Assembly (NCBI GenBank): GCA_017624275.1 | Contig: JAGANG010000035.1 | Coordinates: 1,003-65,002, forward strand | DNA length: 64,000 nt | Origin: Spirochaetales bacterium | Lineage (GTDB): Bacteria; Spirochaetota; GWE2-31-10 | Direction of reading: 5' to 3' | Part shown: positions 20,015-29,568 of the stretch, piece by piece | Numbering within the stretch: the stretch's first letter is position 1 | How the letters are laid out: the number at the start of each line of letters is the position of its first letter | The notes under the pieces: model-generated | What the model saw: the letters and a program-made list of their open reading frames with translations, nothing else | Databases searched by the model: none | What the model was told of the DNA's origin: nothing | Made by a program: the position numbers and the translations under genes

Positions 20015-20710
20015 ATGGCTCAAAATAAAGTTATAACAATAATAGGACTGGGAACTTTCGGTATTGCCCTCTGCAAAGAACTTGCAAAATCGAATGATGT
20101 TTATGTAATCGCAATCGATAAATCTGAAAAGCAAATAGAACAGATTAAAGAATTTGTTGCACAGGCAATCCAAATGAACAGTACAGAAGAAGATTCATTT
20201 AAAGATTTACCTTTAAATACTATAGATACAGCGATTGTTGCAATGGCTACAGATATAGAATCAAGTATTTTAACAACGGCAATTCTGAAAAAAAATAATA
20301 TTTCAAATATTATAGCACGTGCAACCTCATCCATACACGCATCTATTCTGCAAAAAGTAGGAGCTACAGAGGTTATAAATGTCGAAGCTGACGGGGGTAA
20401 ACGACTTGCGTCACGTTTGATTTCACCGGATATTATGGAACAAGTACAAATTTCCGGTGAGCTTGTTCTTACGGAGCTCCCCTTGCCTCGTGCTTTTTTC
20501 GGTAAAAAATTGATAGAGCTGAATTTACGAAGCAAATATAATATCAATGTTGTTTGTATAAAACGAAAAATTCATGATATCGACAGATTTGATAATCCTA
20601 TGGTTCGTGAAGAAGTACTTTTCCCACGTCCTGATGACAAACTCAATGAAGGCGATTTTCTTATGGTAATAGGCAGAAATGATGATATCAACATTTTAAG
20701 GGAGCTATAA
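20015..20710 (+). CDS. trkA: TrkA/KtrA-type RCK-domain regulatory subunit of the potassium uptake system
   Basis: 231 aa. Rossmann motif IIGLGTFG (TrkA-N) and a C-terminal TrkA-C-like fold (GDFLMVIG). Confidence 0.85.
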   Translation: MAQNKVITIIGLGTFGIALCKELAKSNDVYVIAIDKSEKQIEQIKEFVAQAIQMNSTEEDSFKDLPLNTIDTAIVAMATDIESSILTTAILKKNNISNIIARATSSIHASILQKVGATEVINVEADGGKRLASRLISPDIMEQVQISGELVLTELPLPRAFFGKKLIELNLRSKYNINVVCIKRKIHDIDRFDNPMVREEVLFPRPDDKLNEGDFLMVIGRNDDINILREL

Positions 20711-20711
20711 A

Positions 20712-21425
20712 ATGATAATGATAAAAAAGTCGAAATTAAATTTTCTTATTTTATCCTTCTTTTTTTCTATAATTACCTTATGTATCGCCGGCTGTTATTT
20801 AATATATTCAGCTGATTTGACAATTGCAGAAAATCGCAAGTTCTCGGCTGAGATTTTGATTTTCCTATCAATTCTTACTGTGACAATCGATATTTTTATT
20901 GTCATCTTTACAAAACAAAGAAATATCAAAATCTATTCTGAATTAGACAAACTTACTACTTTTTGTCGAACCCATGATATTCGTGAAAGTTCCAATCAAT
21001 TACGTCACCTTGATATTTTAGGTAAAAAAATGAATCTGATTTTTGATCTAATCAATGAAACCGGAGAAAAAAGAAAGCAAAAATTAGCTTCTATGTACCA
21101 AATAATCGATTATCTGGTTTTTAATTCTGATAAAAATATGTTGATTACAAATGTGGTCGGAGATGTGCAATTTTGCAGTAAAAAGATTTCAATTTTCACC
21201 GGAATAGATTCTGATATTTTAAGAACATTGCGTATTTCCGATTTGCTCGGTATGAGTATGAACCACGTTTTGTCTAATATCGAAAGAAAAAAGACTCCGG
21301 TAATATCATTAAAAAATCTGGTTCTCAAATATGAAGATACGAGTAAGAAAATAAAAGAGATTCAAGTTTTCCCGATTTATGACAGTGACAATATAGTTTC
21401 CAATATGATTTTTATAATTATTTAA
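20712..21425 (+). CDS. Hypothetical two-TM membrane protein with a weakly PAS-like cytoplasmic C-terminus
   Basis: 237 aa. The start is 2 nt after the trkA stop. TM1 LILSFFFSIITLCIAGCYLIY and TM2 ILIFLSILTVTIDIFIVIF. The PAS-like call is by eye only. Confidence 0.45.
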   Translation: MIMIKKSKLNFLILSFFFSIITLCIAGCYLIYSADLTIAENRKFSAEILIFLSILTVTIDIFIVIFTKQRNIKIYSELDKLTTFCRTHDIRESSNQLRHLDILGKKMNLIFDLINETGEKRKQKLASMYQIIDYLVFNSDKNMLITNVVGDVQFCSKKISIFTGIDSDILRTLRISDLLGMSMNHVLSNIERKKTPVISLKNLVLKYEDTSKKIKEIQVFPIYDSDNIVSNMIFIII

Positions 21426-21428
21426 AAG

Positions 21429-21902
21429 CTAATCATAAAAATATTCTGCTGTATTTTTCAATACTTGGCGTATTGCATTCCCGGAAAAACCTTTTGTCGC
21501 AAGGCGTTGGATTTTAGTTTTATCTTCTAATTTTGAATCTATTTTTTTCTCCAAACATTTTCTGCACAGTTCAACTTCTCCGCCGTTGTCTTCCAACGCC
21601 GTTCTTAACGCATTTTCGGCAATGTCTCGTGCTATTCCTTTTTCGTAAAGCTTTCCGCGAACAATCATCGGACCGTAAAATTTTACCCGCATTAAATCTC
21701 CGGCATAAATTTTAGCTAACTTTTCATCATCAAGCATTTCAAGTTCTTTCAATTGCTGTAATGCCTGATTAATTTCTTCGATGTTAAATCCTTTTTTTAA
21801 TAATTTATTTTTCAATACTCCGGAAAATTGCGGCTCGTAACTTATAATTCGTAATGCAGTATCCATTGCTGCTGATGTGTTTATATTCAAATTGTAAGAC
21901 AT
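21429..21902 (-). CDS. recX: Recombination regulator RecX
   Basis: 157 aa from ATG 21902. Three-helix repeat pattern typical of RecX (ALRIISYEPQFSGVLKNKLLKKGF...). The ATG lies 1 nt after the stop of the upstream gene. Confidence 0.7.
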   Translation of the reverse strand: MSYNLNINTSAAMDTALRIISYEPQFSGVLKNKLLKKGFNIEEINQALQQLKELEMLDDEKLAKIYAGDLMRVKFYGPMIVRGKLYEKGIARDIAENALRTALEDNGGEVELCRKCLEKKIDSKLEDKTKIQRLATKGFSGNAIRQVLKNTAEYFYD

Positions 21903-21903
21903 A

Positions 21904-22683
21904 TTAAAATTCCGCCCGTGCCGCAATAGTAACAGCTGCTGTATGCGGTTGTAAAAATATCAATCCGTGAACACGTGATGTCGGCAATGCTTTAAACGGA
22001 TTTAAAATATACGCCAAAACATGCAATCCTACATTAGGCGTAGTAAGTAAATAAGTCGCAATTTCGTCCAATACAATTCCCGCAAGTACACCAACAGCCG
22101 GATTTTTTAACAATTGTTCGAAACTCGAAACTTTAAAAACCGGTCGCACCGTAAATTCATACAAAATAGACAATGTAAAAATCTCGCCTATCATCAATGC
22201 GATATTGTAATTTTTAGAACGCAAATATAACGCCATATAAGTAAATATCAGCGGCTCGACAATATTTTTTGCATAAAAAGTGCCGTTTGGAACATACATT
22301 TCATCATCATTAAAATCTCTTACTTTCTCGCCGTTGGAGTCATACCATACAGAAAACACATTTTCTTTTCTGGTATTAAACGGTTCCATCATCAATCTAT
22401 CGGCAAAAGTATCGCTTCCTGACGGCAAAGTTACGCCGCTGTCCCACATAGGAGCAGTTATTCCGGCAGTAAGCCACAAACTCGAATATAAAACTAAAAA
22501 GTCTACAGGATATTCCCACGCACTGATAGGTTTATATCCTTTCGCAGATGTTAAATTGCTGTTTATATTGAAGTCACGCATATCAGGCGTATTCTTCATT
22601 TGCGAAATCGGAAGAGCCGGTACGGAGCAAAGCCATATCGGTATCAGTATTGTAATAAATATAAAAAAAATCTTTCGATTCAT
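21904..22683 (-). CDS. Hypothetical exported or membrane protein
   Basis: 259 aa. N-terminal signal or anchor sequence (IFFIFITILIPIWLCSVPA) and several hydrophobic segments. No recognisable catalytic motif. Confidence 0.5.
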   Translation of the reverse strand: MNRKIFFIFITILIPIWLCSVPALPISQMKNTPDMRDFNINSNLTSAKGYKPISAWEYPVDFLVLYSSLWLTAGITAPMWDSGVTLPSGSDTFADRLMMEPFNTRKENVFSVWYDSNGEKVRDFNDDEMYVPNGTFYAKNIVEPLIFTYMALYLRSKNYNIALMIGEIFTLSILYEFTVRPVFKVSSFEQLLKNPAVGVLAGIVLDEIATYLLTTPNVGLHVLAYILNPFKALPTSRVHGLIFLQPHTAAVTIAARAEF

Positions 22684-22920
22684 TATGCTACTTTTTTTAA
22701 AGTCTCAATAAGGACATCCAATTAAATAAAAGTTATAGTGTCATTCCTAAATTGTTTCGGAATCTACATTACATCCAGTGCAGATACTGAAATAAATCCA
22801 GCATGACAAGACTTTTTGGACAATCCATTGTTCGTTTAGTCATTCCTTTATTAATATTTGCCGTGAATATACCAGCAAATCTGTTTATTGTCAAAATTTA
22901 GCCTAATTTTCCGTATAAAC

Positions 22921-22956
22921 AAAAAAACCTCACGGTTCATTTTTTTGCCGTGAGGT
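22921..22956 (-). terminator. Rho-independent terminator downstream of aspS
   Basis: On the minus strand, a 9-bp stem ACCTCACGG/CCGTGAGGT is followed by TTTTTTT. Confidence 0.65.
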
Positions 22957-22973
22957 CTTTGTTAATCAAACAA

Positions 22974-24311
22974 TTAAGGTTCCAATCTGTTTATATCACG
23001 AGGGAACAAACTTGCTTCTTTTACATTTGAAAGTCCGCACAATAATGATGTTAATCGCTCTAATCCTAAGCCAAACCCACCGTGAGGAGGCATTCCGTAC
23101 TGGAATACTTGTAAATATCCTTCAAATAATTCTGTAGTCAATCCGAATGCCTTCATTTTCTCCAAGTAATCTTCATAAACATTCAATCTCTGACCGCCGG
23201 TTGTAATTTCCATTCCTCTGAACAACAAATCGTAAGAAAGTGTTCTGCCCTCTTTAGTACTGTCATCCATTGTATAGAAAGGACGTTTTACTGTAGGATA
23301 ATGAGTTACAAAAACAAGCTCTGTATTCCAATTTTTCTTAGCATATTCACCGATTAAAGTTTCTTCTTCCGGAGCTAAATCTTTTTCACCGCGATAATCT
23401 TTTCCGGTTTCCTTGAATACAATTTCATGAACTTCATCAAATTCTACTGTCACAATTTTATCTACAGTAGGAATTTCAATTCCCAACAATGCTATTTCAT
23501 TGCTGCATTTTTCTTTTAATTTTTCAAAAATATGTTTCAACAATCTGGTTTCAATTTGAATCAAATCCATAAAACCGTTTTCTAACATCATTTCTATATC
23601 AAGTGAAATATATTCATTTAAATGACGTGAAGTATCGTGTTTTTCAGCTCTGAATACCGGAGCTTCTTCAAAAACTCTTCCGAAAACGCCGACCATCATT
23701 TGTTTATAAAATTGCGGTGATTGTCCAAGGTACGCTTCTCGTCCGAAATAATCGAGTTTAAAAATATTAGCTCCGCCTTCTGCACCTGTTTTAACAATCT
23801 TAGGTGAACAAATTCTTGTAAAACCGTTATCTGTCAAAAAGTTACCGAATTCATTAAAAATTACGGAACTGATTCTGAATATTGCTTGTTCTTTCGGATG
23901 ACGCAACGTAAGCGGACGTTTATCAAAATTAGTATGAATATTAACATTCAATTCTTTTTTTGTTGTATCTACAGGCAATTGTTCCAATGACGGGCTTGAT
24001 AATACTTCAATATTTTTAACATGAATTTCACAGTTATTAGGATGAATCGCTTTATCTTTAATAGAAGACGCTTTTACCGTTCCGGTAACTTTTACACATC
24101 CTTCCACAGGAATATCTTCCGGTTTGATATTAAGAGAATTTCTGTCCATTACACATTGAACTATATAATTGGGAAGTCGCAAGATTAAAAAACCGCCCCA
24201 ACTTGAAACTCTACAATTTTGTACCATTCCGGTAAATGTAACTTCTTTTTCTAAAAGCGAATCCCATTCTATAAAAGAAGAAACGCTGTCATTAATCGCT
24301 ATTTCGTTCAT
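22974..24311 (-). CDS. aspS: Aspartate--tRNA ligase, archaeal/eukaryal-type (type 2) class IIb enzyme. An AsnRS identity is not fully excluded.
   Basis: 445 aa. N-terminal OB fold, FRAEKHDTSRHLNEYISLDIEM (motif 2 region) and GGFGLGLERL (motif 3). Confidence 0.75.
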   Translation of the reverse strand: MNEIAINDSVSSFIEWDSLLEKEVTFTGMVQNCRVSSWGGFLILRLPNYIVQCVMDRNSLNIKPEDIPVEGCVKVTGTVKASSIKDKAIHPNNCEIHVKNIEVLSSPSLEQLPVDTTKKELNVNIHTNFDKRPLTLRHPKEQAIFRISSVIFNEFGNFLTDNGFTRICSPKIVKTGAEGGANIFKLDYFGREAYLGQSPQFYKQMMVGVFGRVFEEAPVFRAEKHDTSRHLNEYISLDIEMMLENGFMDLIQIETRLLKHIFEKLKEKCSNEIALLGIEIPTVDKIVTVEFDEVHEIVFKETGKDYRGEKDLAPEEETLIGEYAKKNWNTELVFVTHYPTVKRPFYTMDDSTKEGRTLSYDLLFRGMEITTGGQRLNVYEDYLEKMKAFGLTTELFEGYLQVFQYGMPPHGGFGLGLERLTSLLCGLSNVKEASLFPRDINRLEP

Positions 24312-24349
24312 TATATTAACTCCGTTTATCCTTAAAAATAAGTTTTGTA

Positions 24350-24378
24350 TATATATCTTTTTTCTATTGCTTTGACAA
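24350..24378 (-). promoter_or_regulatory. Sigma70-like promoter of aspS
   Basis: Minus strand reads TTGTCA, 17 nt, TATATA, about 40 nt upstream of the ATG. An ACGGAG RBS follows. Confidence 0.4.
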
Positions 24379-24411
24379 TTTTATATTATTTTACATTACA
24401 TTTTTATAGCA

Positions 24412-24954
24412 TTATAACGGTAAAAATGCCTCTGCCACACCTACTAGACATCCGAATATTCCACCCCAAATTATAAGCAGCACAATATCTTTTCCCATAG
24501 ATTTCATGGCAATACCTTTTAAATTATCCATATCAAAATCCATTATTTTTTGATACACAAAATCTTTGGCTTCATCACTTGTAACTACTTTTTGCAAAAG
24601 GTCTTGCTTTATAACTCCGTTTTCAAAGAAGATATTCGATACCGCACGTTCCAATATTCCGGATAATATCGAATTAATGAATAAAGGGAATTTTTTACCA
24701 GAATCCAATAAAATATTTTTCAATAACGCATAAACTTTTTCTTTTGTTATAAGTTTTGATAATGACTGTGTATCGATAAAATATTCTGCCAACACTGTGG
24801 ATAATTCTTCTGCCATAGATTCTCGTTTTTTTTCTATAAGCCCTTGAAATCCAAAAATCTTCTTCTTGGGATAAAATAAAAATATCAACATCAGCAAATT
24901 GGATAATATTCCGATAAGCCCGCCTAATAACGGATAAATAATAAATCTAAGCAA
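24412..24954 (-). CDS. DUF445-like small membrane protein
   Basis: 180 aa. N- and C-terminal TM segments flank a helical region (FGFQGLIEKKRESMAEEL...). TTG start. Confidence 0.45.
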   Translation of the reverse strand: MLRFIIYPLLGGLIGILSNLLMLIFLFYPKKKIFGFQGLIEKKRESMAEELSTVLAEYFIDTQSLSKLITKEKVYALLKNILLDSGKKFPLFINSILSGILERAVSNIFFENGVIKQDLLQKVVTSDEAKDFVYQKIMDFDMDNLKGIAMKSMGKDIVLLIIWGGIFGCLVGVAEAFLPL

Positions 24955-24972
24955 AACATCCTCGCAATTTTT

Positions 24973-26139
24973 TTAATTTTCGCAAAATAAATCTCGCGTA
25001 TAAACTTTATCTTGACAGTCATCAAGCAAATCTGTTTTGCGATTGCAAACTATTACATCTGAAAGTTTCTTAAATTCTTCCAAATCATTAACCACACGAG
25101 AATGGAAAAACTCTGTTTCATTCAAAGTCGGTTCGTAAACAATTACTTCTATACCTTTGGCTTTTATACGTTTCATAATTCCTTGAATAGCCGAAGAACG
25201 GAAATTATCACTGCCGGCTTTCATTGTCAGACGATAGATTCCTACGGTTTTAGGTTTTCTTTGTAATATCATTGATGCAATATGATCTTTACGAGTAGTA
25301 TTAGATTCTACAATTGCTGAAATAAGATTTTCAGGCACTTGGTCGTAATTTGCCCGTAGTTGCTTTGTATCTTTCGGCAAACAATATCCACCGTATCCGA
25401 ATGACGGATTATTGTATCCTTTACCGATTCTGGGATCTTCACAAACGCCTTCAATTATTGAACGAGAATCCAATCCTCGGACTTCGGCATAAGTATCCAA
25501 TTCATTAAAATATGCGACACGCAATGCTAAATATGTATTTGAAAACAATTTAACAGCTTCTGCTTCCGTAGGCTGCATAAATAAAGTCTTTACATCTTTT
25601 TTCACAGCACCGTCGATTAAAAGCTTTGCAAATACATGAGCCTCTTCCGATGTATCTCCGACTATTATTCGTGACGGATAAAGATTATCATACAAAGCAC
25701 GACCTTCACGCAAGAATTCCGGAGAAAAAATAATTTTTAATTCCGGATATTCCTTTCTCATTCTTTCCGTAAAACCTACCGGAATTGTTGATTTTATTAC
25801 AATTACAGCTTTCGGATTAATCTGTTTTACCTGTGCAATTACAGATTCTACCGTTGATGTATCAAAATAATTCTTTTCGGTATCATAATTTGTCGGAGTT
25901 GCAATCAAAATAAATTCTGAATCTTTATACGCCTCATGAGCATCAGAGAAAAAACGTAAGTTCAGTTCTTTTTCTGCTAAATATGTTTCTATTTCTTTAT
26001 CTTTGATAGGCGATATTTTATTTTTCAACATTTCTATACGCTTTTCATCAATATCAAATGCAGTTACTTCATTATTTACAGCAAACAAAACAGCATTTGC
26101 CAATCCTACATAACCTGTTCCGGCTACAGCAATTTTCAT
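24973..26139 (-). CDS. ugd: UDP-glucose 6-dehydrogenase
   Basis: [13 protein letters not shown] Rossmann start and the catalytic-Cys motif [11 protein letters not shown] 26139 has an AGGAG RBS. The ORF-track start at 26196 is an upstream extension. Confidence 0.9.
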   Translation of the reverse strand: MKIAVAGTGYVGLANAVLFAVNNEVTAFDIDEKRIEMLKNKISPIKDKEIETYLAEKELNLRFFSDAHEAYKDSEFILIATPTNYDTEKNYFDTSTVESVIAQVKQINPKAVIVIKSTIPVGFTERMRKEYPELKIIFSPEFLREGRALYDNLYPSRIIVGDTSEEAHVFAKLLIDGAVKKDVKTLFMQPTEAEAVKLFSNTYLALRVAYFNELDTYAEVRGLDSRSIIEGVCEDPRIGKGYNNPSFGYGGYCLPKDTKQLRANYDQVPENLISAIVESNTTRKDHIASMILQRKPKTVGIYRLTMKAGSDNFRSSAIQGIMKRIKAKGIEVIVYEPTLNETEFFHSRVVNDLEEFKKLSDVIVCNRKTDLLDDCQDKVYTRDLFCEN

Positions 26140-26344
26140 ATTATACACTCCTAATTTCAATAAATTTTCCCGTGTTATACCATAATTACAACACACCTGA
26201 CAATTTGTTTCATCAGTGATTTGTCAGTACTTTCAATCATTATTCACATAATGAAATGTAACACTAAAAATTCAATTTTTAGTCTTTATAAAACGAAATT
26301 ATCCATAAAACATTTATCAATATAATATTTGTACGAGTAGAAAA

Positions 26345-28354
26345 ATGAAACAAAAAACGACAATAAGAATTATTTCTCTTATTCCTGCAATAATTTTGTT
26401 ATTAACCATAACATTCTTGTTCAAAACAAATTACGCCGATAACAATTTGTTTCGTTTTACACATATTATATCTTCAAAAGACAAAATCTCATTATCACAA
26501 GCTCAAAAATCTGCTGCGGAATCGGAACAAAAAAGTTTTATTTGTAACATCGAAAAACCTACAGACAGCGAAACTTTTTTAGAATTACTTACTTATTTGA
26601 AAAAATCCGGAGCAAAAAGAATCATTATAGAAGGCAACACAAATTTAATTTCCCAATATAACAAAATTGATGAAATAAATAATTTGTTCAGTGCCAATCC
26701 GGAACTTTTTATTGAAACATTGCAATGGGATAAAAATAAATCTGCCGTCAGACACAACCTTGATACAAATATTAATTGTCTGTTTTCGAAAATACGCTTT
26801 CCGTTGGCACATACAGCCGCAACTCAACCGATTTCAAATCTTTTTTATGCGAAAAAGATTCATTTTTGTCCGTACACAGAAAATACTCAAACAATGCAAG
26901 ACTTTCTTTTTAAACTGGACAAAAAACACGTAATCACACTGCCCGTTGCTCTATATGCAGCAAAATATAATATAAAACTCTCCGAGTTAAGTTTTGAACA
27001 AAATAAAATTCAAATCGGCAGTAAAACTTTTTATTACGATGACATGGCTCGATTCGCATTCAAAAGAGGTTTTGTACCGCATAAAAAAGCAGAAGTTTTT
27101 TCCATAAATGATAAGGAAGAAATCGATGTTTCAGATGCATTTGTTTTTATTACCGGGTCTAACATGAAATACTCGGAATCAGGTAATTATAAATGGATTT
27201 CGGTAGTATTGGGACAATTAAAACTTTTAGAAAATGCCGACTCCATGATTTTTTTACCTATATATATTTCTTTCTTACTATCGTTAGTAATGTTTGCCTT
27301 GATGTTTTGCTTAACAATTTGGATTAATTCAATTCTGCAAATTTTTCTGGTATTGTGTTCATGTTTTTTCGGAAACTTCACTCTTTATTTTTTTACAGCT
27401 AATTTTTGGAATCTAAACTACCCGTTAGCCGGTTGTACGTTTGCAGCAATAACAGGTTTTGTTTGCGGTTTGGTTACTCTTTTTTGTAATAAAAAATTAT
27501 GGCAATTTGAAATTTTTAGAATTTTTAAGCATTCTGTTTCCGTAACATTGCGAAAAAAAATCGCAGATAACATAACAGACAACAATTTAGAATTGTCTTC
27601 CGCATACATAGAAACAGCATTTATACAATGTGAGATTTCAAATCTTCCGTCAAATAATACGGAATCGGAAGAATATTTAATCCATAAAAATGAAATATGC
27701 GACAAAATTGAAAATATTATTCGAAAGAATAACGGAGTGGTTTCCTTCCCTATTTGCGGTTATTTTTCCCGGTTATTCAACGGCGAACAATATATTTCTG
27801 ATATAAAAAATACACTCAGCCAGATTAATCAAAGAGCTTTCAAGAAAAATCTAACAACTGCACTACATTGCAATAATGAATATTTCGGATACACAAAATC
27901 CCTTTATGATGAAAAGAAAACTTTTGATGTTTACAAACCGCTTGGTAATTCACAAAATATTACAAGCAAAATGCTTAAATATGCCAAAAAGTTCGGCATA
28001 AAAACCATATTATCCGAAAGCATGTTAAAAGCTATAAAATCATTCGATTCCGAAAAAAAACTTTTTGTAAGACCTATCGATCGAATAAGAATTAAAAATA
28101 CAACATTTTCCGAAAGACTCTTTGAACTTATCAACGATGAAAATTTTAAGCAAAAAGAACGTATTTTTGACCATTTTCATGCCGGTTTAAAATCTTTTGA
28201 ACAAAGAAAATGGAAAGATGCCGGCGAACATTTTTCTCAATGTTTAAAAATAGACAAAACAGATATTCCGTCAGCTATTTATTTACAACGCTGCAAAAAT
28301 TTTATTCTTACTTCACCTAAAGAAGACTGGAATGGTGTTTATGAAATTGATTAG
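26345..28354 (+). CDS. CHASE2-architecture membrane sensor with a class III nucleotidyl-cyclase-like (apparently degenerate) cytoplasmic domain and a C-terminal TPR-like tail
   Basis: 669 aa. N-terminal TM segment, ~270-aa extracytoplasmic region and a 3-4 TM cluster (aa ~295-385). Cyclase-like region ETAFIQCEISNL...GVVSFPICGYFSRLFNG. Tail FHAGLKSFEQRKWKDAGEHFSQCL. Confidence 0.5.
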   Translation: MKQKTTIRIISLIPAIILLLTITFLFKTNYADNNLFRFTHIISSKDKISLSQAQKSAAESEQKSFICNIEKPTDSETFLELLTYLKKSGAKRIIIEGNTNLISQYNKIDEINNLFSANPELFIETLQWDKNKSAVRHNLDTNINCLFSKIRFPLAHTAATQPISNLFYAKKIHFCPYTENTQTMQDFLFKLDKKHVITLPVALYAAKYNIKLSELSFEQNKIQIGSKTFYYDDMARFAFKRGFVPHKKAEVFSINDKEEIDVSDAFVFITGSNMKYSESGNYKWISVVLGQLKLLENADSMIFLPIYISFLLSLVMFALMFCLTIWINSILQIFLVLCSCFFGNFTLYFFTANFWNLNYPLAGCTFAAITGFVCGLVTLFCNKKLWQFEIFRIFKHSVSVTLRKKIADNITDNNLELSSAYIETAFIQCEISNLPSNNTESEEYLIHKNEICDKIENIIRKNNGVVSFPICGYFSRLFNGEQYISDIKNTLSQINQRAFKKNLTTALHCNNEYFGYTKSLYDEKKTFDVYKPLGNSQNITSKMLKYAKKFGIKTILSESMLKAIKSFDSEKKLFVRPIDRIRIKNTTFSERLFELINDENFKQKERIFDHFHAGLKSFEQRKWKDAGEHFSQCLKIDKTDIPSAIYLQRCKNFILTSPKEDWNGVYEID

Positions 28355-29498
28355 TTCTAAAAATTACAACAATAATATTGCTATTCGCATAATTTTCTTA
28401 TTATTCGCAATTTTATTCACCTTATTTTTAAGCATTTGTATTTACACTACCGTCATATATCCGTATCAAGTTTCATCTTCAATACGAAAAGATATTATTA
28501 AACTTTACGCTCCTATCGCAATCAATGAAGAAGACGACGCAGTTTTACTTACATTGACAGATATGCCGAATGATGATTTGCAAACAATAATTTATGAATA
28601 TTTTTTATTAAATTACGGTTTGGAAACTGTCTTTATGCACAATAAAGAAAAATGTTTTTTGGATTTCTTTAAAAGCGATTCTAAATTTACGCATATCGGA
28701 ACAATATGCTTGCGATGGGAAGACAAACCCGATGTTGCCGATAAGACAGATAATCCTCCTAAATCAAAAGAGAAAATCGAAAAATTACCGGAAATTACCG
28801 CAATTGAAGAAAAACCGATTATCAAAAAAAATTATGATACAAAAATTGCAATCGTACTGGACGATGCCGGATACAATTATCAATCCGCCGATATTTTTTA
28901 TAATTTACAACTTCCTTTGACATTTGCTTTGATTCCGGATTTACCGAACAGCTACGAACATTATAAAAAAATTCAAAATGCCGGAATGGATATTATCCTT
29001 CACATTCCTATGGAACCGGAAAAAGGTGCAAAATATGTAGAAAAACAGGCTATTTTAGTTTCAATGAGTGATGAAGAAATTTCAGATAAACTTAAAATTT
29101 TCTTCAATCATTATCCAGCAGCTATCGGAATGAACAACCACATGGGATCACGTGCCGTAAAAGATTCACGAGTAATCAATACCGTCTTAGATTTTGCAAA
29201 AAAACGTAATGTCTTCTGGCTTGATTCCAAAACTACTCCGTCGTCCGTTTGCGGCAAAATTGCAAAAGAAAAAAAAGTTCCTTACAGGGAACGAGATGTT
29301 TTTTTAGACAACGAAAATACCGAAGAATATGCTGAAAAAGCAATGATTCAATTGATTAAAATAGCCAAGAAAAGAGGTTACGCAATAGGAATAGGTCATG
29401 TCCAAAGTGACAAACTATATCCTGTTTTGGAGAAATACAAAGAAAAACAAGATGAATTGGAAATAGAATTTGTTCCTTTAGTAGATTTAGTTTTATAA
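28332..29498 (+). CDS. Divergent polysaccharide deacetylase (YibQ/DUF610 family) with an N-terminal membrane anchor
   Basis: 388 aa. KIAIVLDDAGYN, LTFALIP, HIPMEP, MNNHMGS and WLDSKT motif series. Overlaps the upstream gene by 23 nt. Confidence 0.75.
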   Translation: MVFMKLISSKNYNNNIAIRIIFLLFAILFTLFLSICIYTTVIYPYQVSSSIRKDIIKLYAPIAINEEDDAVLLTLTDMPNDDLQTIIYEYFLLNYGLETVFMHNKEKCFLDFFKSDSKFTHIGTICLRWEDKPDVADKTDNPPKSKEKIEKLPEITAIEEKPIIKKNYDTKIAIVLDDAGYNYQSADIFYNLQLPLTFALIPDLPNSYEHYKKIQNAGMDIILHIPMEPEKGAKYVEKQAILVSMSDEEISDKLKIFFNHYPAAIGMNNHMGSRAVKDSRVINTVLDFAKKRNVFWLDSKTTPSSVCGKIAKEKKVPYRERDVFLDNENTEEYAEKAMIQLIKIAKKRGYAIGIGHVQSDKLYPVLEKYKEKQDELEIEFVPLVDLVL

Positions 29499-29568
29499 AT
29501 TTGAAAAATAAATACTATCTTAAATTTTTTTTGTATACTTTGAGTCCTTATGAAAAATTGGAGTGCTT

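Noticed and set aside
19721-20547. Long antisense ORFs lie opposite trkH and trkA (150 aa and 148 aa). Similar shadow ORFs occur at 13557-13895, 16519-17586 and 22280-22711.
   Set aside because: Each lies fully inside a confidently identified gene on the other strand. They lack RBS motifs and translate to low-complexity or hydrophobic nonsense typical of shadow frames.
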